From the NCBI GenBank assembly GCA_963813715.1, contig CAWFAK010000017.1:384001-448000 (forward strand): a stretch of 64,000 nt of DNA, in the 5' to 3' direction. The stretch is from an uncultured Planctomycetaceae bacterium (GTDB lineage Bacteria; Planctomycetota; Planctomycetia; Planctomycetales; Planctomycetaceae). Below are positions 11,513-21,775 of the stretch, piece by piece (positions within the stretch are counted from its first letter, which is position 1; every line of letters begins with the position of its first letter). Both the position numbers and the translations under genes were made by a program. A model generated the notes under the pieces. That model made no database searches. It was given only the letters and a program-made list of their open reading frames with translations, and was not told where the DNA came from.

Positions 11513-12310
11513 GCCTGAGCCTCGGGGTCGAAGACGGTCGAGTCGGGTGAGGGCGATTCGCTGGTTTTTCTCGATGAAACATCGTGTCCCGTCCCAATCC
11601 CGGCGTCCCGTCCCGTCCCGATCCGGGTGTCCGGTCCCAGTTCTTGACCCTCTCCCAGTCCGCTGGACTTCGGCGAGCTCCCTTCGGGTCTGAGCCTCAG
11701 GGTCGAAGACAGTCGAGTCGGAGAGGGGCGGGGTGAGGGCTATTCGCTAGCTTTTCGCGATAAAACATCGTGTCCCGTCCCAGTCCGGCGTCGCGTCGAG
11801 CGGCTGCGGAGGGAAGATCGGCCTCCCGGGCTTTCCGTGACTTTGGACCTTGGACTAGAAAGGGTGGGTCCTGTCCCTAGTGAAACAAAGTGTCCCGACC
11901 CATCGGCCAATTTCTTTCCGCCGCACACATTCGTCGAGCTTTTCTCGATAAAACAACCTGTCCCGTCCCGGCGTTGGTCCAAAGTACCGCGGTCCAATGT
12001 CCAAGGGTCAAGATTGCGAGCCTCTGATCTTCGACCTTGGACCTTGGACACTTCTCGCGTCCCGTCCCGCTCTTTCCCCTCGCCCCTTCCGTTTCGGATG
12101 GACGTCGGCGAGCTCAGTCGAGCCAGACAGGGTCGGGGTGAGGGGCGAATTCCTCGGGACTTCTCGGCGAAACAATGTGTCCCGTCCCGCGTCCCGATTG
12201 TCCTCGACCTTGGACCTTGGACTCCCGCGTGTCCCGTCCCGTGCCGGCATCCCGTGGTCAACTATCTCAGTGGTCAACTACCTGGTGAAACTCCTGGTGA
12301 AACTAGGTGA
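11513..12310. repeat. Mosaic of REP-like palindromes, TGTCCCGTCCC motifs and heptamer repeats
   Basis: Motif AAACAnnnTGTCCCG(T/A)CCC at ~11577, 11763, 11883, 11951 and 12170; GGGTGAGGG x3; GAC(T/G)TCGGCGAGCTC-AGTCGAG x2; (ACCTTGG)n tracts. Confidence 0.85.
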
Positions 12311-12938
12311 CCACACCACACCCCCTTGGGATGAAATTTCGTTAACCGCGCGTCGACCGGCGTGGTCGCCTCGGCGGATTCCGACGCCTGCGCACGGCAG
12401 CTGTCGACACCCTAGAAGCGCGCGCAACCAGACGCTCGCTCACAGAGCCGCTCTCTCCATTCAGCCACAAAAACGCGATTCCTCCAAGATCAATTTGCTG
12501 GAAATTCCTCGCCGCCCGCGGCTTCGATCCTCGCCTTGCACCCTCGACAGCTTCCTCGAGCGAAGGCCCGAGAGCGTGAAGGCGGCCATCGCCACTCCGG
12601 TTTTGGAGTGGCACGACCCGGCGCTATCGTGGCACCGCGTGCACCTGAACGCCGCCGGCGTCGAGACCATGCGAGGAGACGTCGATTTGCAAACCCCATC
12701 AAACGGTGATAGTGATTCTGGTGGAAGCAAAGGGCGCGTCCGTTGGGACAACACTCGAACGTGCGGGCAGTTGGGTCTGCCTGATGTCTCGGGAAAATGG
12801 CGCCGGCTTTCACTCCGCATTTTTCGGCCCGATGCCGTTTGCCATCGCCGCTCCAGAACCGGCACTGTGCACGCTGTTCGTCGCAACCGCGCCGGGCACG
12901 CAGTGGCCGAAGGGCGAGAAGGACGTCGAGTCTGCGCG

Positions 12939-15900
12939 CTAGCGGATCGTTCTCGCGATCCTGAATCCGGTGCGCGAAGTATAAATATCGGGCGAGGTCC
13001 ACGAGCGGACCGCCGATCGGATTCCGTTGCCGACCTGTGTATAAGCGCCCCCCTTTTGCATTCTTTCGTGGCTCACATCCACAATTCGGTCCCGCTCGCT
13101 CTTTCCAGGCGACTGATCGTACTCAACCGAAAATGTGTCCTGGCACCATTCCACGTGATTGCCGTAAACATCGAAGAGCCCGAAATCGTTCGGCATCAAG
13201 CTGCCCACCGGCCAGGACCGCTCGTTTGCGTTTCTCACATACCAGGCGTATCGGGGCAACAACTCCAGAGCGGAGCCGAAGAAACGGATCGACGTCGATC
13301 CCGACCGGCAGGCATATTCCCACTCCGCCTCGGTCGGCAACCGGTAACCCGTCCGGTCGAGATAGTTCGCAGGCAGCGTCATGCCGGGGCGGATTTGCTC
13401 GATTGGCGGGTAACACATCTCGGTTTCTGGAATCTGCTCACGCTCACTGAGCCAACGGCAGTATCGAGCGCCCTGGAACCAGGTCGCATAACCGACAGGA
13501 CAGTCTTTCGTCTGCCCTTCGGTGCCGGCGACGACAAACTTCGGATCGTATTTCTGCCATTGCTCGCAGGTGATCTCCGTGGCCCCGAGCGAAAATGAGC
13601 GATTGATCTTCACATGATGCTGCTTTTCGCCGCCCCAATTGCCGTTCTCGCTCGCCGGGCTGCCCATCACGAATTCCACCGGACCCGGAATCACCGTCAT
13701 CGTGTGGCCCAGGTGCGAGAGATACCAACGGCGGCCGTTCTCTGCTTTCCCCGTTGAAAGGCTTTCGTGACATCGCGTCATCTCGTCTTGTGCATTCCAG
13801 TGTCGCAGTAACCAGGCTGCTGCGCCATGGACGCCGGAATCGACGTCATTCCGGTAGTTGTCGACCATCATCGAGCGTCTCGAGGCGGCATCCTTCAGCG
13901 TGAACACGTCGGGAGGATAATGGCCCAGCGACAGGATCAGCGCGGCTTTGGCCGAGGCGTCCGATTCCACAGTCAACCGTTCCCAGACGATGTCCGGGTC
14001 GACTCCAAAATTGGCCATTCGATCAATGATGTAACTTCTTGTCGTGGGATCGGGGGTATGGCGCAACAAGGGCCAAACCTGCTGGGGCGCGCCGAGCCGG
14101 AGCAACGTTACCGCAGAGTTGGCTTGCCGTTTCGCGAGAACTTCCTTCTCGTGGTCCGTCGCCGTTTCGGACGGGTGCGTTGCGAGTTCGTTCAGAGCCA
14201 GAGCGATCGCCCGGTCCTTATACGGGGTCAACTTGTTGAACAGGACCACAAACTGAAACCGCTGACTGTCCGCCACCAGATTGAAGAGTTCGTCCGGGCG
14301 GTTGGACAAATAATCGGCCAAGGTCTCGGTGGCGAACCGGCGCGACAAGGTGTCCTGATTGCTGTCCCGAAAAATGGCGGTGAGAGGCGCGATCAGTCGA
14401 TCTTTGGCCGGGCGCAGCGCCTCGCGCCATTGCACGAGGGCCGAGGTCTCGAGAGTCACCAGACGACCCGCCACGAACGTCTCGAGCCGACCCCATCGGC
14501 CATCGTCGGGTGCGTAGGTCGCGAGCGCGCAGGCTGCCTGAAATTGGTTTTGTGCCTCCAGGCGCGGATCCAGAGCCGCCTGCCACAACGGCTCGATCAC
14601 GCTGTTCTTGTAAGGCAACAGGGCGTCCCGCACGACAACAAATTCGGTCGGCGACACCCGCAGCAGGCCATCCCGCAGGTTGTCGACTTTGCTTTGATCC
14701 ACAGGAAGCAGCGCCAAGCCCAGACGCAATTTCTTGTCGGATCTCTCGGGAGCCCGAGCGTCTTCTTGCCGGAGCAACGGATCGGTCAAGGGACGGATTT
14801 TCCCGATTTCATGCACAATTCCCGGCACTTCTCCGATCTGGGACTTGGTGAGTTCGTCCACCAGGCTCCCTGCGTTTTCCGCCTGGCGTTTCTGCTCGGT
14901 CTGCAGCGCTCGCTCATTGGCGGCGCGCTCGGCGGACGCGGCAGCGACTGCCTTGACCTTTTGCGCTTCGGCGTCGTGCTGGGCCTCGATGGCTTGAAGC
15001 ATTTCCCACGTCGTCCCGGCGATGCCCAAGAACAAGCGCCAGCCCGATCAGTCCGACCGCAACGACGAGCCTGCGGTTCCGGCGGACGAACTTTCGCAGC
15101 CGATAGCCCGCGGACGGTGATCGGGCCTCCACCACTTCGTCAGCCAGGTAGCGCTGGAGGTCGCGAGCCAGGCCGTTGGCCGTCTCGTACCTTCGGGAGC
15201 GTTCCTTCTCCAGGGATTTCATCACAACCCAGTCCAGATCGCCGCGCACCAGGCGCGTCAACTGCGCCGGCTCGAGGCTCCGCTGCGCGGCAATCAAGGG
15301 CAAAGAATCCGAGCCGCTGAGCCGGGCGCTCGGCTTCCTGGGCTCCTCTTCTTTGATGAGTCGCACGATCTCTGGCCAAGGGGTTTCTTTGAACCGCTGT
15401 CGATCGAGAGGCGTCGTTCCGGTCAAGATCTCGTACAGGATCACCCCGAGTGAATAGATGTCGCTGCGCGTATCGACGTCGAGGTTATTGAACTCGGCCT
15501 GCTCGGGACTCATGTACGTGGGCGTGCCGACCATGATCCCATGCGCCGTGTACAAGGTGTGCTCCGTGAGCGGTTGATTCACCGCCTTGGCCAGACCGAA
15601 GTCGATCACCTTCGGGACCGGAGAACCGTCGTAAAGGCAGACCAGGATGTTCGACGGTTTCAAATCGCGATGGATGATTCCTTTTTGGTGCGCGTGCTGC
15701 ACCGCCTGGCAAACCTGCACGAACAGGTTGAGACGCGCCTCGATCGTCAGCCGGGCCTGATCGCAATACGCGGTAATCGGCACGCCCTTCACGTATTCCA
15801 TCGCGAAGAACGGGTGACCGTCATCCGCAACCCCGCCATCGAGCACTTTGGCGATGTTCGGATGATCCATGAGTGCCAGAGCTTGGCGCTCGAGCTCGAA

Positions 15901-16288
15901 TCGCGACAGCACCTGCCGGCTGTCCATGCCCGGTTTGATCAACTTGATCGCCACGCGCCGGCGAACGGGTTCCGTCTGCTCCGCGACCCAGACCGTGCCC
16001 ATTCCGCCTTCACCGATCTCTTCCAACAGCCGGTAACGGCTTCCGATCATCTTGCCGGCAGAAGCTGTCCTGGAATCGATCATGGTCTCGAGAATTCTGC
16101 CGGCGATGTCCCTGAGACCCCCGGGCAAGTCGGTTGCCTGGTGCTGCGCGAAGAAGCTCTTCGACTCGTTCTCGGAGCTCCGCATCACCCGCGCACTGCG
16201 CTTTCAAGATCTCGGCGCGCTGAACCGGGTCTGTCGACGCCACGGCTGCCAAGAAGACCGCTTGAACGCGATTTGGATTAATCGGCAC
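12939..16288 (-). CDS. Hanks-type Ser/Thr protein kinase with TM segment and C-terminal formylglycine-generating-enzyme (FGE/SUMF1)-like domain; frameshifts near 16150 and 15035
   Basis: IGEGGMGTVW, HRDLKPSN, DFGLAK, GTPTYMSPEQ; C-terminal FVMGSP, YRLPTEAEWEYACR, NDFGLFDVYGN, GFRIART; GTG start with GGGAGG RBS. Confidence 0.92.
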
Positions 16289-16694
16289 GAAAGCCTCCCG
16301 ATGATGTCGTGGCGACATCGGCAGACCGTACAGTAAGACGATCCTCGGAGGGGGAGTCGCCAGTCACCGTCGGCGTAGGCGACGCCGGTATCTCGTTCGG
16401 CGGATCTTTCGCGACCGGTAGGGAGAACCTGCGTTAGCCCATTAAGCTACGGCGCGCGATACGGCCACCGCAATGAAGAATTACGTTGACCGTCAAGAGA
16501 GGGTTGGCGGCTCAGAAGAGACTAATGCGGGAGGATTCGCCCGCTCGTTAAATCACTGTAAGAAATCTTCGCCCGCTGAGGGCGCGAGCAATCACCTGGG
16601 GAGGCGGGAGCTCGCCTTTTCGCAATCTGAATTTAGCCGCGGGCGCATTGCCTCTCGGCGCAGCCGCTCCGTTCTGCGATTCCCGCCGTATTTC

Positions 16695-18414
16695 TTATTC
16701 CTGCATGCTTTCCATCCAGGCATGGCGCAGCACGACTTCCGGGTCGTCGCCGGCGCCGGAGTTGGTGAACATCACAGCGTCGACGTCGTCCGGGAAATGA
16801 TAGAGCGAGCTGCGTAAGGTTCCTGCGCGAGTTGGGCCTCTTTCCTTCGTCCCAGGACCAGCCGCCGTTTTTCTCCCAGCCGGGATAGGAAATGTCCCAG
16901 CCCAACAGATCTTTATACATCATCTTCGTCGTGGCCGGGCTCAGCACCTTGTGGTCGCGCAGGCCAACGAGAAAACGGCTCATGTCGCGGATCGAGGCGT
17001 ACCAGCCGTCGGGGCCGGCCGTCTTCGCGCAGTCCCAGTCGAAGGGGAAACCCGGGCCTTTACTTCCCGGTTTGCCGTAGCCGCACGTGGGCTGGTGGGC
17101 CTCGAAGTGCGTCTCCATCCGCGTGATGCCCATCGGACGGAGCACGTGCTCTTTGACATAAGAGGTGTATTCGACCTTGCCGATCTTTTCCATGACGAGC
17201 CGGGCGATGTAGTAGTTGTTGTTGTCGTAGGCCTGGTTGGTCCCCGGCTGATGTTCGAGCGGTTGTTCGAGAAGCTTTTCGACGTCCTTGGGAGTGTTGC
17301 ATCCGTCGACTTTCTTGAAGCCGCTTTTGTGCTGCAGCAGTTGACGGATCGTCACCTTTTTCGCGCCGGCGCTGGCCCGCGGGCAGATGGCCCGGATGTG
17401 CGGCCAGAACGGGGCGTCGAGCGAGAACTTCTTGTCGCGTTCTTCCCACAGCCTCAGGAGGGCCACCGCGGTGACCGTCTTGGAGACGCTGGCCACTCCC
17501 ATCGGCTTTTCGACGGTCCATTTGACGCTTGGATCCTGGGGCTGCCACGGTGCGCGGGCCCAACCTTCGGCACCTTCCGCCACGACTTTGCCTTTTTGCA
17601 GGACCGCGAACGCGTAGCCGCCGGGCCAGTCGGCCTCGTGGTGCCGACGGATCACGGAAGTCCATTTTTCAAAATCGTGTGCGCCGACCTCAGGGGCCAC
17701 GGCGACCCAGTGCAATGAGTGCTGTTGCTGGTCGAGTTTGGCGATCATCTTGGACGCGGGATGATTCGGGTCGCTGGTCCACCAGCCGTTGCTGGTGAGA
17801 CAGATCCAGGTGCCGTTCGGCGCGAAGCAGACGCAACGCACCGCCAGATTCTGCTTGATGGCGTTGTTCAAGACCTTGTCCAGCTCGTCGGGGACGTTGC
17901 CGAAGCGGACGCCCGTCTGGTCGAACAGCAAAACCCAGGCGCCTTTGGGGCCGAAGGCGAGCGAGCGGAGCGTGCTGCCGGCCTTCGCGACTTCCTGCAT
18001 CCCTTGAAACGCCGCATCCGGGATGGCCCCGATCGTCCAGTTTCCATTCTGGTTCCACAAAAGAGTCCAGCCGCCCGAAGGGGCGAAGGCCGCGCAATGG
18101 ATCGTGTTCTTTCCCTTTTGTAACTCGGCGAGTTTCTTGCAGGCCGGCAAGTCGGCTTTGTTGGTGTAAAATCCGTGGCCTTCCGGCAGGATGACCCAGT
18201 CGCCGGTGAGCGCAAAGCTCACGCTCTGAAACGCGTGCTGCTTCTGGAGAGCAGCGAGCTTCCTGCAAACCGGCGCGGCCTGGTTGTTGGTCCAGAAGGC
18301 ATTTCCCTCGCCGAGAATGACGAAGTCGCTGTCGGCACGCGCGGCCGCAGCAATGGCCAAGCAGGCGACTGACAAGTGGACAAGGGCGAGGCGACGGGTC
18401 TGCATGCGACTCAT
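16695..18414 (-). CDS. Secreted serine hydrolase (beta-lactamase class C/S12-like) with five N-terminal ~44-aa repeats; frameshift near 16825
   Basis: Signal peptide ending AAARA-DS, SVSK, TIRQLLQHKSG, YDN, KNGG; true stop TAA at 16695 in the shifted frame. Confidence 0.85.
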
Positions 18415-18487
18415 TCCAATTTGTGAGCGAAAGCAAGTGCACTGAATGAGCCGACATTTCCCAAATGGATTTCTCAGTCGACGCTCA

Positions 18488-18628
18488 TCACCCGACGCGA
18501 AACGTGCGGATGGCGGTGTCCTCGGCCCGTGCATGCACGGCCAAACCGTTCCGAGCAATGCCGACACCGGCAAACAGCAAAAGGCCGAAGGCGCCCGCGG
18601 CAGACCGAACGTTCGTCAGTCGGAACAT
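18488..18628 (-). pseudogene. Signal peptide plus first residues of a probable epoxide hydrolase (truncated)
   Basis: MFRLTNVRSAAGAFGLLLFAGVGIARNGLAVHARA-EDTAIRTFRV* resembles the AIRPFRV start of EHN-domain epoxide hydrolases; purine-rich RBS upstream. Confidence 0.5.
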
Positions 18629-19204
18629 GATCCGTCCCCCGTTCGACGTGTGCTTTGAGTGCGATTGCCAGATGCCGCTAGCGTACCGGTCGAATCGCCC
18701 GTTGCCAAATCGGCGTGTTAACGATCGCCGGCATGCGCGAACTCGGCGATTTCGCCTCGGTCCCCAGCTCTGTTTGGGCCCGCTTCGGTTCTCAACGCCG
18801 TGCTGGAGAGCTCGTTTGGTTGCGATGCCGCAACGAAGCCCCGCGTCAATAGTCTGACCAGCCACACGGATTGTGGCGTTTTGCACGTCATTCTGCGTGA
18901 GTCGGTCCGACATAGCTGCGTTCGGTCGATGTGACCGACGCTGCGCAACTCTAAAGGTTGGCGATTCCGCGAAATCGGTCGTTTTTCGCCGACTACAGAT
19001 ACGCTTGAGATTGTGGGACCGGGCACAGAGGGAAGAAGTGGCCAACGGCACGCGGGCTATGCGGGAGGCGGCCACACCGTCATGGCTTCTGCCGGCATTG
19101 CGATGCGGTGGGCATTGTGCGCTCGGCGAGGTCTTGCGCCCGAGGCGGCCGTTTCTGGAGGTAAGAGGGGCGGGCAACCTCCACTAGGAGCAGCCGCTTT
19201 TACC

Positions 19205-19545
19205 TCACCACGCGAGCTTCCGTATTTCCGGGTCAGTGATTGCCTTAAGGATCTCCTCCCTGAACCTGAAGAACCATGGGAGATTGTAAGGGTTCGCGAT
19301 GTCGCCCGGCACCACGCCGTCGCTTGGCAGTCGCGCTCTCAGGTGACCACAGATCCACTGGATAGCTGACGATTGCTCCGTGGGGGATAGCCCCGGGGCA
19401 GGGTCAGTAACTGCTCGTTGATCGGTGGTGAGTAGCCGCGTTTTCTGAACTCGTGCGGCAACCACTTCCAGTAGGCGCGAAATCCCGATCGAGGTAGAAG
19501 TGAAGCCGCATTACCGCCTTGCTGAAGTGCCCCAAAGCAATTATG
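19205..19545 (-). pseudogene. 3' fragment of a DUF4037-like protein
   Basis: Across two indels reads ...[28 protein letters not shown]...IQWICGHLRARL...; PYWKW is typical of that family; no own start. Confidence 0.5.
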
Positions 19546-19838
19546 GCTCCCAGCGGGGCATATTTGGCGACGCCCGCATTGGCAAACACGACGTCGAGCC
19601 TCCCTTTCTCGCGCTTGATCTGGGTGAACAGTCGATCGAGATCGTCAAGGTTTGATGCGTCTGCGCGGACGGCTGTGATGTTGCGTCCGATCTCCTGGGC
19701 GGCCTTCGCCAGCTCGGCCTCTCGCCGGCCCGTGATGAAGACGTAGGCGCCTTCGTTCACAAACTGCTTCGCCGTGGCGAGGCCGATCCCGCTGCTGCCG
19801 CCCGTCACGAGAGCGATTTTTCCCTCGAGCTTGGCCAT
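19546..19838 (-). pseudogene. 5' fragment (~97 aa) of an SDR oxidoreductase
   Basis: [19 protein letters not shown]...LDVVFANAG; ends before the YxxxK catalytic motif. Confidence 0.85.
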
Positions 19839-19941
19839 GTTCGTTCTCCATCGTTGTGAGTGGCCGGTGACGACTGCCACTCGTTGCCAGGAACAGACGC
19901 GAACCGAGAATCATCACGCCTGATGGCTCATTGAAGCGGGC

Positions 19942-19967
19942 ATATGCATGTTTCAGGCCACAAAAAC
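19942..19967 (-). promoter_or_regulatory. Putative sigma54 promoter overlapping a partial MarR-type palindrome (copy 1)
   Basis: Minus strand TTTTTGTGGCCTGAAACATGCATAT = GG-N10-GC; ~100 nt upstream of the SDR start. Confidence 0.6.
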
Positions 19968-20000
19968 GAAGAAAAGCAAGTTGTGCTGGGCCGCGGCATT

Positions 20001-20488
20001 TCATTCAATCGCCTTGGTCACGAGCTGCTCCAATTTGCGGTCGAGCATGAGGGCGACTTCCGTCACCTTGGCATTGCCGAATTGGCCGAACTGAGACGAC
20101 GGTTTGTCGTATTCCACACACGTTCTGCCATGTTCGGTCTGATAGATGAGCACTCGCAACGGGGCGAAAGGCTGGCCCGGATGTCGTGTCGCGTCATCTG
20201 GAGAGCGAACAAGGGATTTCCAAGCAGATACTGGATCGACTTTCTCTTCTGGCCGGCGAGGCGAAGGAGAGCACCGTGATCGGTGGTCCTGAAGAGCATG
20301 AACCCGCTCGAGCCTTCCATCGCCTTGATCTTCGCCCGCGCCTCATCAGGATCGATGCCCGAGTTAAGCTGTTGATAAGCGCTCGGATCGAAGTGGCCGA
20401 GCTGCTGCTCAAAGGCGTTGGTGACTTTTTCAAATGGCGTTTCGGTCGCCACGCGGACGTGTTCAACGGTGATGCGAGTGACATCCAT
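20001..20488 (-). CDS. DUF302-domain protein; frameshift near 20170
   Basis: DHGALLRLAG...QYLLGNPLFALQMTRHDIRASL/APLRVLIY...VEYDKPSS...LDRKLEQL. Confidence 0.8.
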
Positions 20489-20492
20489 CGGA

Positions 20493-20626
20493 TTACTTCT
20501 TTGCGGTTTCGGGACGGACTGATTTTGAAAAGCGATGCCGACGACAGCGAAAACCAAGGGAAGGCCAGCAACCGCCGTGAAAACCAACGGGAGACCTGCA
20601 ATCGCACTTTTTTCTTCTGTACACAT
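20493..20626 (-). CDS. Small hydrophobic peptide (~44 aa) with internal AGLPLVF duplication; may instead be an N-terminal extension of the DUF302 gene
   Basis: GGAGG RBS before the ATG at 20626; as sequenced it is in frame with DUF302, while one extra T in a homopolymer gives a stop after ETAKK. Confidence 0.4.
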
Positions 20627-20643
20627 GGCTAACCTCCAACGTG

Positions 20644-21760
20644 TTACTCTCGAGTGAGCAGGAAGCGCCGGCCATGGCTCCTGCGGCACAGATGCTGATG
20701 AGTCCGTAGCGGCGTTTCGCCGCGACATTTCGTTGGCCAGCGTCGTCAGAATTCGTCCGCCGGTTGCGGACCACGGATGCCCGACAGCAATCGAGCTGCC
20801 ATTCACGTTGACCCGATCCCAGTTCACGGGGCTCGTGGCCGGCCCTTTCCAACCCTGCTCCCACGCCGCGGCATTCGCGAGCACCTGCGCGGCGAAGGCC
20901 TCGTGGATCTCGATCAGGTCGATATCGGCAAGTCGAAGTCCGACACGATCGAGCAGACGAGGCACCGTAATGGCGGGCGCCATGAGCAGCCCTTCGCTCG
21001 GATGCAGCGCTGCGTACTCCATGGCCTCGATGAAGGCCAGCGGCCGCCGGCCCTCGAGCCGTGCGCGTTCTACCATGAGGAGGACGGCGGATGCGCCGTC
21101 GGTGACCGGAGACGAGTTGCCGGCAGTCAGCGTCCCTTGGGGATCGAACGCGGGCTTGAGCGAAGCGAGCTGTTCCAGCGACGTATGGGCACGCGGGCCG
21201 GTATCCGCGCTGACGCCCCCCAAGGGCACAATCTCTTGTGCGAGACGCTCGAGTGCTGACACGGCGTTCCGGTGGCTGGCCAGTGCGATCTCATCCTGGC
21301 GGGCCCGCGAAATGCCCCACTCCTTGCGCGTGAGTTCGGTGTGCTGGCCCATCGAGAGTCCAGTGGTTGGCTCGTTGAACGTCGTCGGATCCGATCCGCT
21401 CAGCCATTCCACGCCACCCGCGATGCCCGCTTCGATCCTGTCCTCCGAGATGGCGTCAGCAATGATGGTCGCCGAGTGCAAGCCGGTGATGCAGTAGGAT
21501 GAAACTGTTTGAGCCTCGATCCGGGCGGGCAGACCTGTTTCTAACACGATTTCGCGTGCGAGATTGGGTTTGCCGCGCTCGGGAACGACCGCACCGAACG
21601 CGAGGGCATCGACGTTCTCGGGATTGATCCGATGGCGTTCGAGCAACCCCTGCACCGCGTGCTTGGCCAGCGCCAAGGGCCCCATTGAGGCGAACTCCTT
21701 TCCTGACTTCACAAACGGCGTGCGAGCACCGGCAACAATGGCAACTCGGGGAATACTCAT
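20644..21760 (-). CDS. Acetyl-CoA acyltransferase (thiolase, FadI-like); indels near the 3' end
   Basis: GARTPF, catalytic SYCITG, EIHEAFAAQ, GHPWSATG, ICAAGAM in the shifted frame. Confidence 0.88.
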
Positions 21761-21775
21761 ATCTTTACGTCGCTC

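Noticed and set aside
11513..12310. CRISPR array
   Set aside because: Repeats are degenerate and irregularly spaced, spacers are themselves built from repeats, and there are no cas genes.
11453..13130. Diversity-generating retroelement (FGE/CLec-fold C-terminus as target; 60-bp near-duplicate as TR/VR)
   Set aside because: No reverse transcriptase in the window. I found no second copy of the FGE 3' end, and the four mismatches in the 60-bp pair are not confined to adenines on one strand.
11997..13598. 533-aa plus-strand ORF and other long antisense ORFs (e.g. 2833..4167, 13827..15320, 21977..24232, 52422..53987)
   Set aside because: Shadow ORFs typical of high-GC DNA, lying opposite well-supported genes or running through repeats, with no recognisable motifs.
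20063..21760. Thiolase-DUF302 fusion of 565 aa
   Set aside because: The thiolase catalytic C-terminus (ICAAGAM) lies in another frame, so the fusion is an indel artefact.
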